Origin: Mobula hypostoma
Taxonomy: Eukaryota
Length of the DNA: 64,000 nucleotides
Assembly (NCBI RefSeq): GCF_963921235.1
Contig: NC_086108.1
Span: forward strand, 101,992,001-102,056,000
Reading direction: 5' to 3'
Each line of letters starts with the position of its first letter. The first letter of the stretch is position 1. Below, in pieces: positions 23,286 through 35,600 of this stretch. The notes under the pieces are model-generated. The model searched no databases and was not told the origin of the DNA. It saw only the letters and a program-made list of their open reading frames with translations. A program made the translations under genes and the position numbers.

Positions 23286-24249
23286 CTGTTTGAAAAGTAA
23301 GATATAGATTCAAACTACAGAGACTTAATTTAGCAAAGCAACCTGAGACAGAGATGAAGAGCATGAGTGGGGATTAAAAATAATGAGTCATTTTTGCCTT
23401 GGAAAGCTGGAACAAATGAGATGCCTCAGAGGTCAGTATAGAACGGTCAGGTATTTATAATTTATAAACTAAGATGAAGTGCCCATGTGCTTTGCAATCA
23501 ATGTTTGTGAACAATACAAAGACAGATAGAAATGTAAGCAATAAAGAGGATGCAGGGGGTTGAAAACATTTATAGATGGAGCAATTGTGATAAAACATGG
23601 TAGGTGAAAGTACATATGAGATTATCCATTTTGACAAAGTACACGAAGATAGAGCAAAATAATTAAAAGTCAAAGTGATAAAGAAGACAAGGACTGTTGG
23701 CCCTTGTTAAAAGTTTGAAAGAGTACAGAACTAAGGGAGTATTACTACAGCTCTTTATGCTTTGTTAAGACCACTCCATGGTAATCTTGAGCAGAGATTA
23801 TCATTGATTAATAAATTAGTAACAATTATGGTAATTTTTAAGGAAAAGGATGAGTCCTGTTGTTTTACTACTCATAAAAGTATAACAGATAGACTGAAAT
23901 AAGTTATACTTTTTAGAAAAACTGATCAAAATTAATAATACTAATCTTTTAAAAAGACAATTGAAAAATAACATTTCTAAATAATATTGTTATTGTAAGT
24001 CATATATAACATAAGAAGCATGAAAATGACATTATAAGCTTTGGTGCATGTTCGTGAAAGATCAAGGAAAGGAAAATAATTACATTTCACTTTCAGTGAG
24101 ACTATTGCTCCACTAACAATGACAAATATTTTATGTTCTGCTTGAATTTGGTTTGTAGGAGCCATGCATCTGTTTTCCATTTTCCATTTGCTTTGCATTC
24201 TATGTGGAGTATTTATTATGTTTAACATAATACACTCAAAAACTTCTAT

Positions 24250-24806
24250 AGTTGTACCGGCTGCATCACTGTCTGATATGGTGGGAGGGGGCAGGGCCGG
24301 GGGGGCTACTGCACAGGACCGAAAGAAGCTGCAGAGGGTTGTAAATCTAATCAGCTCCATCTTGGGCACTAGCCTTCAAAGTACCCAGGACACCTTTAGG
24401 GAGCGGTGTCTCAGAAAGGCAGCGTCCATTATTAAAGACCACCAGCACTCAGGGCATGCCCTTTTCTCACTGTTACCATCAAGTAGGAGATACATAAGCC
24501 TGAAAGCACACACTCAGCAATTCAGGAACAGCTTCTTCCGCTCTGCCATCTGATTCCTGAATGGACTTTGAAGATTTGGACACTACCTCACTTTTTTTAA
24601 TATACAGTATTTCTGTTTTTGCACATTTTTTAATAATCTATTCAATATACGTAATTGATTTACTTGTTTATTTATGATTATGTTTTATTCTATTTTTTTT
24701 CTCTCTCTCTGCTAGATTATGTATTACATTGAACTGCTACTGCTAAGTTAACAAATTTCTCGTCACGTGCCGGTGATAATAAACCTGATTCTGATTCTGA
24801 TTCTGA
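24250..24806 (+). mobile_element. Rex1/Babar LINE 3' end
   Basis: DRKKLQRVV, HALFSLLPS.RRY, FRNSFF; AATAAA plus (CTGATT)n tail at 24778-24806. Confidence 0.85.
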
Positions 24807-25165
24807 TATGGTAACTAGTCACACTAGTGTGGGGTAGTAAAGGTGAAGGGGAATAAGTTACAAACTCTTGCTTATTTTGTGGCAGCTTGTAGCTTGGGAC
24901 TGGTGGAAGTCATATCTCTGCTGACTACATAATATCGCTGAATAGTGCACAGCTTATATATGGGTATGTGTAAGCTCATTGCTTCAAGATGGTATGTTTG
25001 CTAATTGCTAATAAAGGATTGAATAAAGGATTCGACTCTTTGGAACAATCATTTCATTGGAGTTAAGGGTGCATCATGCAGATATAACAAACACAATTGT
25101 TTTGTTTTGAGTTTGGATTAATTTGCTGCTATACATTGTTTTGAGAGCTATACATGTAGCAGTAA

Positions 25166-28080
25166 ACAACAGGAATTCTGCAGATGCTGGAAATTCAGGC
25201 AACATACATCAAAGTTGCTGGTGAACGCAGCAGGCCAAGCAGCATCTATAGGAAGAGGCGCAGTCGACGTTTCAGGCCGAGACCCTTCGTCAGGACTAAC
25301 TGAAGGAAGAGTGAGTAAGGGATTTGAAAGCTGGAGGGGGAGGGGGAGATGCAAAATGATAGGAGAAGACAGGAGGGGGAGGGATAGAGCCGAGAGCTGG
25401 ACAGGTGATAGGCAAAAGGGGATACGAGAGGATCATGGGACAGGAGGTCCGGGAAGAAGAGGTATATTCAAAGGGACAGAGGGAGAAAAAGGAGAGTGAG
25501 AGAAAGAATGTGTGCATAAAAATGAGTAACAGATGGGGTACGAGGGGAGGTGGGGCCTTAGCGGAAGTTAGAGAAGTCGATGTTCATGCCATCAGGTTGG
25601 AGGCTACCCAGACGGAATATAAGGTGTTGTTCCTCCAACCTGAGTGTGGCTTCATCTTTACAGTAGAGGAGGCCGTGGATAGACATGTCAGAATGGGAAT
25701 GGGATGTGGAATTAAAATGTGTGGCCACTGGGAGATCCTGCTTTCTCTGGCGGACAGAGCGTAGATGTTCAGCAAAGCGGTCTCCCAGTCTGCGTCGGGT
25801 CTCACCAATATATAAAAGGCCACATCGGGAGCACCGGACGCAGTATATCACCCCAGTCGACTCACAGGTGAAGTGATGCCTCACCTGGAAGGACTGTTTG
25901 GGGCCCTGAATGGTGGTAAGGGAGGAAGTGTAAGGGCATGTGTAGCACTTGTTCCGCTTACACGGATAAGTGCCAGGAGGGAGATCAGTGGGGAGGGATG
26001 GGGGGGACGAATGGACAAGGGAGTTGTGTAGGGAGCGATCCCTGCGGAATGCAGAGGGGGGGGAGGGAAAGATGTGCTTAGTGGTGGGATCCCATTGGAG
26101 GTGGTGGAAGTTACGGAGAATAATATGTTGGACCCGGAGGCTGGTGGGGTGGTAGGTGAGGACCAGGGGAACCCTATTCCTAGTGGGGTGGTGGGAGGAT
26201 GGAGTGAGAGCAGATGTATGTGAAATGGGGGAGATGCGTTTAAGAGCAGAGTTGATAGTGGAGGAAGGGAAGCCCCTTTCTTTAAAAAATGAAGACATCT
26301 CCCTCGTCCTAGAATGAAAAGCCTCATCCTGAGAGCAGATGCGGCGGAGACGGAGGAATTGCGGGAAGGGGATGGCGTTTTTGCAAGAGACAGGGTGAGA
26401 AGAGGAATAGTCCAGATAGCTGTGAGAGTCAGTAGGCTTATAGTAGACATCAGTGGATAAGCTGTCTCCAGAGACAGAGACGGAAAGATCTAGAAAGGGG
26501 AGGGAGGTGTTGGAAATGGACCAGGTAAACTTGAGGGCAGGGTGAAAGTTGGAGGCAAAGTTAATAAAGTCAACGAGTTCTGCATGCGTGCAGGAAGCAG
26601 CGCCAATGCAGTCGTCGATGTAGCGAAGGAAAAGTGGGGGACAGATACCAGAATAGGCACGGAACATAGATTGTTCCACAAACCCAACAAAAAGGCAGGC
26701 ATAGCTAGGACCCATACGGGTGCCCATAGCTACACCTTTAGTTTGGAGGAAATGGGAGGAGCAAAAGGAGAAATTATTAAGAGTAAGGACTAATTCCGCT
26801 AGACGGAGCAGAGTGGTGGTAGAGGGGAACTGATTAGGTCTGGAATCCAAAAAGAAGCGTAGAACTTTGAGACCTTCCTGATGGGGGATGGAAGTATATA
26901 AGGACTGGACATCCATGGTGAAAATAAAGCGGTGGGGGCCAGGGAACTTAAAATCATCGAAAACTTTAAGAGCGTGAGAAGTGTCACGAACATAGGTTGG
27001 AAGGGATTGAACAAGGGGTGATAAAACAGTGTCGAGGTATGCAGAAACGAGTTCGGTGGGGCAGGAGCAAGCTGAAACAATAGGTCGGCCAGGACAGGCA
27101 GGTTTGTGGATCTTGGGTAGGAGGTAGAAGCGGGAAGTGCGGGGTGTGGGAACTATAAGGTTGCTAGCAGTGGATGGGAGATCCCCTGAGCGGATAAAGT
27201 CGGTGATAGTGTGGGAGACAATGGCCTGGTGCTCCTTAGTGGGGTCACGATCGAGGGGTAAATAAGAGGAGGTATCCGCGAGTTGTCGCTGTGCCTCGGC
27301 AAGGTAGAGGTCAGTACGCCAGACTACAACAGCACCCCCCTTATCAGCGGGTTTAATAATAAGGTTAGGATTAGTGCGGAGGGAGTGGAGAGCAGAGCGT
27401 TCCGAAGGAGTGAGGTTGGAATGGGGACAAGGTGCGGTGAAGTCGAGACGGTTGATGTCCCGTCGGCAGTTAGCAATAAAGAGATCCAGAGCAGGCAGAA
27501 GACCAGAGCGGGGTGTCCATGAAGAAGAGGAGGGTTGAAGACGGGAGAAGGGGTCATCGGTGGGGTTGGAAGAGTCCTTGCCGAAGAAGTAGGCTCGGAG
27601 ACGGAGACGGCGGAAGAAAAGTTCCGCATCATGGCAAACACGGAACTCACTGAGGTGTGGGCGAAGGGGGACAAAGGTGAGGCCCTTACTGAGGACAGAG
27701 CGTTCTGCCTCCGACAGTTGAAGGTCGGAGGGGATGGTAAAGACCCGTCACGGATGAGAGCTGGGATCAGAGGGGGGAGTGGGGAGGGTTGGGGTGAGAG
27801 GAAGATGGAGCCTCCGAGGGCCCAGGAGCTGACGGTGGGATCTGAGGGAGACGGGATTGCAGAGTATTGGTGGGGGAAGGGGAGACGGAAGTCACAACAG
27901 CAGCACATAAAGACCCGGCCTGGAGTTCAAGGCTGGAATCTTGAGAGCTGGGATCAGAGGGGGGAGGGGGGAGGCTGGGGGTGTCAGTGGAGAGGGGAGG
28001 GTTGGGGTGAGAGGAAGATGGAGCCTCTGAGGGCCCAGGAGTTGACGGTGGGATCTGAGGAAGACGGGGCTGAGGAGTGG
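25166..28080 (-). mobile_element. Young Neptune-type Penelope element, near-identical to 5920-8765; RT-GIY-YIG frame open 27747-25558
   Basis: By hand translation the frame is continuous from just after a TGA at 27748-27750 (TGC in the other copy) through RT, CKRNKCYTC and GIY-YIG to the stop at 25558. Tandem duplication in the Pro-rich 5' region (~27755-27860 and ~27945-28075). Confidence 0.95.
25262..25297 (-). ncRNA. Minimal type I hammerhead ribozyme motif (consensus-intact)
   Basis: AGTC-CTGACGA-A-GGGT-CTCG-GCCT-GAAA-CG-TC-GACT with palindromic ACGT stem III and GUC cleavage triplet. Confidence 0.8.
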
Positions 28081-30175
28081 TGTAAGTCTATTCCTATAAT
28101 TAGACTTGACCAAATTCATCACTGAAAAACAACGACTACATAAATATGCTGATGAAAATACTGTTAATATTGTCATTACAGGATTATGTTCAGAGAGCTA
28201 AAAGTTTCAGGAAGGGAATTGCAGAGCTTTTTGAACCTTATTGTCTAGGTTTTTATACTTTGATCCAGTTAATAACTGATCTCTTTCAACATTTTTTAAT
28301 TAAGCTCTTAAATCAACAAATTTTTGCCTCCAAATTGAGCTGCTTTGTAAATCAATCAATTTCATTTCAAAATTATCCAAATCCATCCACCAAAACATTT
28401 CCGAATTCACGTTGTTTAATGTAACAATATCGATACTTTAGGAATTTTGTAGTTTCTTCAAATGACCTGAATTAAATTGACTTTACTCCTTACATCCTTC
28501 ACATACATGAGGAGTAAAAATCTTTACGTTATGTCTCCGTCTAAATGTGCAATGTGCAATCATAGTAATTTATAATAATTTATAATAAGTAGAACAGTCA
28601 ATGTAACATTATTTCTATGGCTTGGCTGGAAGAAGCTGTCCCAGAGCCTGTTGGTCCTGGCTTTTATGCTGCGGTACCGTTTCCCGGATGGTAGCAGATG
28701 AAACATTTTGTGGCTGGGGTGACTCCGCTCCCCAATGATCCTTTGGGCCCTTTTCTCACACCTGTCTTTGTAAATGTCCTGGATCATGGGAAGTTCACAA
28801 CCACAGATGCGCCACTCTCTGCAGAGACCTGCAATTGAGGGAGGTACAGTTCCCATACCAGGCAGTGATACAGCCAGTCAAGATGCTCTCAATTGTGCCC
28901 CTGTAGAAGGTTCTTAGGATCTGGGGGTCCATACCAAACTTCCTCAACTGTCTGAGGAGAATGAGGCACTGTTGTGCCTTTTTCACCACACAGCTGGTGT
29001 GTACAGACCAGGTGAGGTCCTTAGTGATGTTTATGCCGAGGAATTTAGAGCTGTTTACCACCTCAACCCGAGATCCATTGATGTCAGTAGGGGTTAGCCT
29101 GTATCCATTCCTTCTGTAATCTACAACCAGCTCCTTTGTTTTTGTGAAATTGAGGGAGAGGTTGTTTTCTTGACACCACTGTGTCAGAGAGATGACTTCT
29201 TCCCTGGAGGCCACCTTGTTATTGTTTTAGATTAGGCCAATCAATGGAGTGTCATTGGCAAATTTAATTAGCAGATTAGAGCTGTGAGTGACGACACAGT
29301 CATGAGTAAACAGGGAATAAAGGAAGGGACTTAGCACACAGCCGTGAGTGGCTCCTGTGTTGAGAGTCAGAGGGTTAGATCTGAGGGAGCCCATTTTTAC
29401 CACCTGCCGGCGATCTGACAGGAAGTCCAGGATCCAGCTACACAAGGCAGGTTCAAGGCTGAGGTCTCTGAGCTTCCTATTGAGCCTGGAGGCAATTATG
29501 CTGAACTGTAGTCCAAGAATAGCATTCTCACAGAAGCATGCTTCTTCTCCAGATATGCAAGGACAGTGCGTAGAGCTGGGGCTGTTGTATTGTTTGTCAA
29601 CTGGTTGTGTCGATAGGTGAATATAGGAGGTCCGGTTTGGGTGGTAGCATACTGCAGATGTGTTCTTTGACAAGCCTCTCGAAGCATTTGCTTATTAACC
29701 TGAATTTAGTGAATCTTAAAGGAAATTGTTCAGTGGTTGAACCAATGGTGCTTGAAAATTGCATTTGAAGGCTCTGAATGTCTATCTTTTCAGGAATTTC
29801 AATATTTGTGATGTGTATTTTAGGTTTGAACCAAATTCTGAAATTATTTTTTCAAAGCACACCCAGATATAGGATTAATAAAATTGGTTGCAAATTTCAC
29901 CACTTTTTAAGTCCAGTTTTTTCACTCGAAATCTCTTTGTAAATCTATACAATGAGAGCCTATTAGTGGATGTCCAACATCTTTTGCAGAGAGACTGAAA
30001 AAAAACTACCTTTTTACCAATCATGTTGGGTGCACCACCAATTCTTACAGAAATATCTTGAAATGTTAACTCGTCATCATGTGTTCTTGTCAACAATGGT
30101 CTAGCTGGTGCCAAGCCACTGGGACATTTCTTGTGAAAATATTTCACTCCTCTCAGGTTGTAAAAATCATTTCAA
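28081..30175 (-). mobile_element. hAT (Buster/Charlie/SPIN-like) transposase fossil, split by Rex1; C-terminus resumes at ~25110-25165 beyond the Penelope
   Basis: GAPNMIGKK (DGAP motif), HPLIGSHCI, FEMKLIDLQSSSIWRQKFVDLR, FSSAYLCSRCFSVMNLVKSNYRNRLT (hAT dimerisation domain), then TCIALKT. Confidence 0.75.
28465..29700 (-). mobile_element. Rex1/Babar LINE, RT to 3' tail, inserted in the hAT fossil
   Basis: RMLFLDYSSA, GATHGCVLSPFLYSLFTHDC, IKFAND, WCQENNLSLN, KFLGI, FYRGTIESILTGCIT.WYG. Confidence 0.9.
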
Positions 30176-30660
30176 CCATAAGACATAGGAACAAAATTAG
30201 CCTATCTGGCAAATCGAGTCTGCTCCTCCATTCAATCATGGCTTATCCTTTTTCTCTGTCTCCTCCTCAACCTCAGTTTCCGGCCTTCTCCCAATAACCT
30301 TTGATGTCATGTCCAGTCAAGAACCTATCAACCTCTACCTTAAATACACCCAAAGGCCTGGCCTCCACAATTGCATGTGGCAACAAATTTCACAAATTCA
30401 CCACCCTTTGGCTAAAGATATTTCTCTGCATCTCTGTTTTGAAAGGGTGCCCCTCTACCTTGAGGCTGTGCCCTCTTGTCCTAGACTCTCTTACCATGGA
30501 AAACATCCTTTCCACATCTACTCTGTCTAGACCTTTCAACATTCGAAAGGTTTCAATGAGATCTCCCCTCATCCTTCTGAATTCCTGCAAGTACAGACCC
30601 AGAGCCATCAAGCATTCCTCGTATGATAACCCTTCATTCCTATGATAACCATTTCATTCC
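30176..30660 (-). mobile_element. CR1 LINE 3' end
   Basis: RRMRGDLIETF, SRTRGHSL, FSQRVVNL; accataagacatagg tail. Confidence 0.85.
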
Positions 30661-30755
30661 TACTGCTTCATTTGGCAGTAAAGATAATAATTGTGTATCT
30701 TTTTATTATGGGTAGGTTTTAAAGAATTGATAAGAGGCACTGTTTGCCATGTACT

Positions 30756-30881
30756 ACGAAGGGTCTCGGCCTGAAACGTCGACTGTTCCTCTTCCTAGAG
30801 ATGCTGCCTGGCCTGCTGCGTTCACCAGCAACTTTGATGTGTGTTGCTTGAATTCCCAGCATCTGCAGAATTCCTGTTGTT
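30756..30881 (+). mobile_element. Short Penelope terminal fragment beginning inside the hammerhead core
   Basis: acgaagggtctcggcctgaaacgtcgact...gatgctgcctggcctgctgcgttcaccagc...gaattcctgttgtt, near-identical to the 3' end of the young Neptune copies. Confidence 0.85.
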
Positions 30882-31092
30882 GGGCAGACGTGCTATAGAT
30901 TTGACAACCCTGGCAAGGGAAACCATGCACAGAAAATGTATAATATGAGTTGGCAATTTATTTATTTATTGAGATACAACATGTAGTTGGCCCGCTGGTT
31001 GAGCTACGATGCCCAGCAAGCCCCCAATTTAACGCTAGCTTAATCATTAGTGCAAAGACATTGTCAAATATTTTTCATTTTCTGCGTATTGT

Positions 31093-31480
31093 CATATGGT
31101 AGGCTGGTCTGGAAGGTTGAGTGCCATGTGGTAGACAGGACTGGAATATAGGGTTCCTTGTGGTGAGCTGGTCTGGAAGGTTGGCTTCCATGTGATGGGC
31201 TGGTCTGAAAGTTTGGGTTCCATGTGATGGGATAGTCTGGAAGGTTGTGTGCTGTGTGGTAGGCTGGTTTTGATGGTTGGCTTCCATGTGGTGGGCTAGA
31301 CTGGAAGGTTTGGTTCCATGTGATGGGCTGGTCTGGATGTTTGGGTTCTATGTGGTGGACTGGTCTGTAAGGTTGAGTGCCATGGGGTAGGCTGGTCTAG
31401 AAGGTTGGGTGCTATGTGGTCAGCTGGTCTAAAAAATTGGGTGCCATGTGGTAGGCTGGTTTTGAAGGTTGGGTGCCATG
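31093..31480. repeat. Minisatellite, ~31-bp unit, about 12 diverged copies
   Basis: Unit approximately CATGTGGTAGGCTGGTCTGGAAGGTTGGGTKC. Confidence 0.9.
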
Positions 31481-31529
31481 GAAGTCAGGAGGTGCTAGTT
31501 AAGTGGTGTAGATTGTCTCAGAAGTAGGA

Positions 31530-32670
31530 AGCACACGGTATTGGGGGTAAGGTATTGATGTGGATAGAGAATTGGTTAGCAGACAGGAAGCAAAGAGTGA
31601 GAATAAACGGGACCTTTTCAGAATGGCAGGCGGTGACTAGTGGGGTACCGCAAGGCTCAGTGCTGGGACCCCAGTTGTTTACAATATATATTAATGACTT
31701 GGATGAGGGAATTAAATGCAGCATCTCCAAGTTTGCGGATGACACGAAGCTGGGGGGCAGTGTTAGCTGTGAGGAGGATGCTAAGAGGATGCGGGGTGAC
31801 TTGGATAGGTTGGGTGAGTGGGCAAATTCATGGCAGATGCAATTTAATATGGATAAATGTGAAGTTATCCACTTTGGTGGCAAAAACAGGAAAACAGATT
31901 ATTATCTGAATGGTGGCTGATTAGGAAAAGGGGAGGTGCAACGAGACCTGGGTGTCATTATACACCAGTCATTGAAAGTGGGCATACAGGTACAGCAGGC
32001 GGTGAAAAAGGCGAATGGTATGCTGGCATTTATAGCAAGAGGATTCGAGTACAGGAGCAGGGAGGTACTACTGCAGTTGTACAAGGCCTTGGTGAGACCA
32101 CACCTGGAGTATTGTGCGCAGTTTTGGTCCCCTAATCTGAGGAAAGACATCCTTGCCATAGAGGGAGTACAAAGAAGGTTCACCAGATTGATTCCTGGGA
32201 TGGCAGGACTTTCATATGAAGAAAGACTGGATGAACTGGGCTTGTACTCATTGGAATTTAGAAGATTGAGGGGGAAATCTGATTGAAACATATAAAATCC
32301 TAAAGGGATTGGACAGGCTAGATGCAGGAAGATTGTTCCTGATGTTGGGGAAGTCCAGAACGAGGGGTCACAGTTTGAGGATAAAGGGGAAGCCTTTTAG
32401 GACTGAGATTAGGAAAAACTTCTTCACACAGAGAGTGGTGAATCTGTGGAATTCTCTGCCACAGGAAACAGTTGAGGCCAGTTCATTGGCTATATTTAAG
32501 AGGGAGTTAGATATGGCCCTTGTGGCTACGGGGATCGGGGGTATGGAGGGAAGGCTGGGGCAGGGTTCTGAGTTGGATGATCAGCCATGATCATAATAAA
32601 TGGCGGTGCAGGCTCGAAGGGCCGAATGGCCTACTCCTGCACCTATTTTCTATGTTTCTATGTTTCTATG
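31530..32670 (+). mobile_element. Young 5'-truncated CR1, same subfamily as 11498-14623
   Basis: Near-identical RT C-terminal peptides; stop at 31918-31920 and a frameshift near 32275; (TTTCTATG)3 tail at ~32647-32670. Confidence 0.92.
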
Positions 32671-35600
32671 GTGGAGGTTGAACGTTTTTCTCAGAATGAG
32701 GGCTGATGACTAGTGGTCTGTGCAAAGTTTGGTGTCGGAACCTTTGTTATTTTTATAAATGATTTGAATCCAAATACACAATGATTAGTAAATTTTCAGA
32801 TTAAATAGAATTGGGACAAGCTGTTGATAACAAATAAGGTTTTTGTCAATTACAGGGGGAGTTTGATCTCTTAGAGAAGTGGATCAAGGAGTGGTGCGTA
32901 AGTGTAAAGTGATACATTTGGAAAGACAAACTGGCATAGAACTTGTACCATCTATGGCAGGGCATTAGGTAATGAAATGAAACACAGAGACCTAGAGAAC
33001 AAGTGCATAGTTCATCCAAAACATCATCACAAGTAGACAGGGTAGTGCAAAAGGCATTTTGCACACTGACCTTCATTAGTCATTGCACTGAGTATAGGAG
33101 ATAAAGCATTATGTTGCAGTTGTATAATTTGACGGTGGGATGAGAACTGGAGTGATAGAGCGGAGAATGGGACAGTTGATATGCAAGTAGATGCAGTTTG
33201 TCGTGCAACTATGAGGAAGGACAGGCAGATGAAAGGGGAATATTGCAGTCACTGGGATGAATTGAGGTGTGAGATGGGGGGCAAAATCAAAAAGCATGAA
33301 GGTGTTGTATTTGAGTGCACGCAGTATACAGAGTAAGGTAGATGATCTTATGGTGCATTAGAAATTAGCAAGTATGATGTTATGGGCATCACTGAGTGGT
33401 AGCTGAAAGAAGATCATAGTTGGGAGCTCAGCATCCAAGGATACACATTGTATCGAAAGGACAAGCAGGTAGCCAGAGCGGATGGGGTGGCTCTGCTGGT
33501 AAAAAATGAAATCAAGTCCTCAGAAGTACCAGGATTTGAAGATGTAGAATTTATGTGGGTAGAGTTAAACTGCAAGAGTAAAAAGATCCTGATTGAAGTT
33601 ATATACAGGCCTCCAAACACTAGCCAGGATGTAGGATATAAATTACAATGGGAGATTAAGAAAGGCATATTAAAAGGGCAATGTTACAATAGTCGTGGGG
33701 GATTTCAATATGCAGGTCAATTGGGAAAATGATCTTGGTGCTGGATCCCAAGAGAAGAAGTTGTAGAATGCCTATAAGGTGACTTTTTAGAGCAGCTTAT
33801 GGTTGAGCCCACGAGGGGAAATCACCACGGATTCTGTTCTCACCTGCATCTCCTCCATTTCCTGGACATCTGTGCTCACCCAATCTTCCTGCCACCTTAA
33901 CAGGGATAGAGTTCCTCTTATTCTCATATAGCGCCCCATGAACCACTGCATCCAACACAACATTCTCCACAACATCTGCCATCTCTAAAGGTATCCTACA
34001 CCAAACACACCTTTAACTTCCTCCTCTCCCTGCTTTTTACAGGGATCACTCCCTCCATAATTCCCTTGTCCATTCGTCACTCCCCACTAATCTTCCTCCT
34101 GGCACTTAGTGGCTGAAGTGCTGCACTTGCCCTATCAACCTCCTCCCTCGCCCCTAACAGCCCCTCCAGGTGAGGTAACACTTCACCTGTTACTCTTTTG
34201 GGCCATCTATTGTACCCAGTGCTCCAGATCCTGCTTCCTCTCCATTGGTGAGACCCATCGTAAATTGGGGGACTGCTTTGTTGAGCACTTCCACTCCATC
34301 AGCCAAAAGCAGGGTTTCCTGGTGGCCAACCATCTTAATTCCTATTCCCATTCCCATTCCAACATGTCAGTCCGTGGCCTCTTCTTGTGCCACGATGAGG
34401 CCACTCTTAGGGTGAAGAAGCAACTGCTCATACGCCATCTGGGTAGCCTCCAGCGTAATGGGATGAACATAGATTTCTTCTACTGGTTAAGAAAATCCCT
34501 CCCCCTTCCATCGTCTTCTATTCCCTACTCTGGCCTTTTACTTATTCTCACATGCCTATCACCTTACCCTGGTGCCTCTCCTTCTTCCCTTTCTCCCATG
34601 GTCCATTCCACTCGTTTATCAAATTCCCTCCTCTCCAGCCCTTTACCTTTCCCACCTACTTCATTTCACCTATCAACTTCTAGCTATCCTCCTTCCCCCC
34701 ATCCCATCTTTTTATTCTGATGTCTTACCCTTCCTTTCCAGTCCTGAAGAAGCATCTGGGGTCAAAATGTCAACTGTTTATTCATTTCACTAGTTGCTGT
34801 CTGACCTGCTGAGTTCCTCTAGCATTTTTGGTATGTTGTAGGGGAAAGACAATTCTGGGTTGGTTGTTGTGTAATGAACCAGATTTGATTGGAGTACTTA
34901 AGGTAGTGGAACCCTTCGGACACTATGTTCATAATATGATAGAAATCAGCCTGCAGTTTGAAAGGGAGAAGATACCATTATATGTATCAGTATTACAGTG
35001 GAGTAAAGGGAATTACAGAGGCATGAGAGAGGAGTTGGCCAAAGTTGAGTGGAAGGGGACACTAGCAGGGATGGTGGCAGAACTGCGATGGCTCTTGTTC
35101 CTGGAGGCAATTTAGAAGGCACAGGATACATACACCCCGAAGATGAGGAAGTATTCTAAAGAGAGGATGAGGCAATTGTGGCTGACAATGGAAGTCAAGA
35201 ATAGAATGAAAGCAATAGCATATAATATAGCAAAAATCTGTGGGAAGTAAGGGAATTGGGACGCTTTCAAAAACCAACAAAAGGCAGCTAGAAAAAGCTA
35301 TAAGAGGAGAAAAGATGAAATATGAAGGTAAGATAGCCAATTATATAAAAGAGGATACCAAAAGATCTTTCAGATATATAAAGAGTAAAAGAGAGGTGAG
35401 AGTGGGTATCAGACCATAGGAAAATAATACTATGATATAATATAAAATAAAATTATAAAATAATAGTGATGTGGGACAAAGAAATGGCAGATGAACTTAA
35501 TAAGTATTTTGTATCACTCTTTAGTGTGCCAGAAATTTGAGAGTGTCAGAGGGTGGAACTTCAGGCACTGTAGTTGCTATTATTACTTTCCATTTTTCTA

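Noticed and set aside
23977..24240. Candidate for the missing CLCA DG.YSRYF exon
   Set aside because: None of the three minus-strand frames resembles that exon.
31093..31480. Regularly spaced ~31-bp repeats as a CRISPR-like array
   Set aside because: Units are contiguous with no unique spacers, the context is eukaryotic and there are no cas genes.
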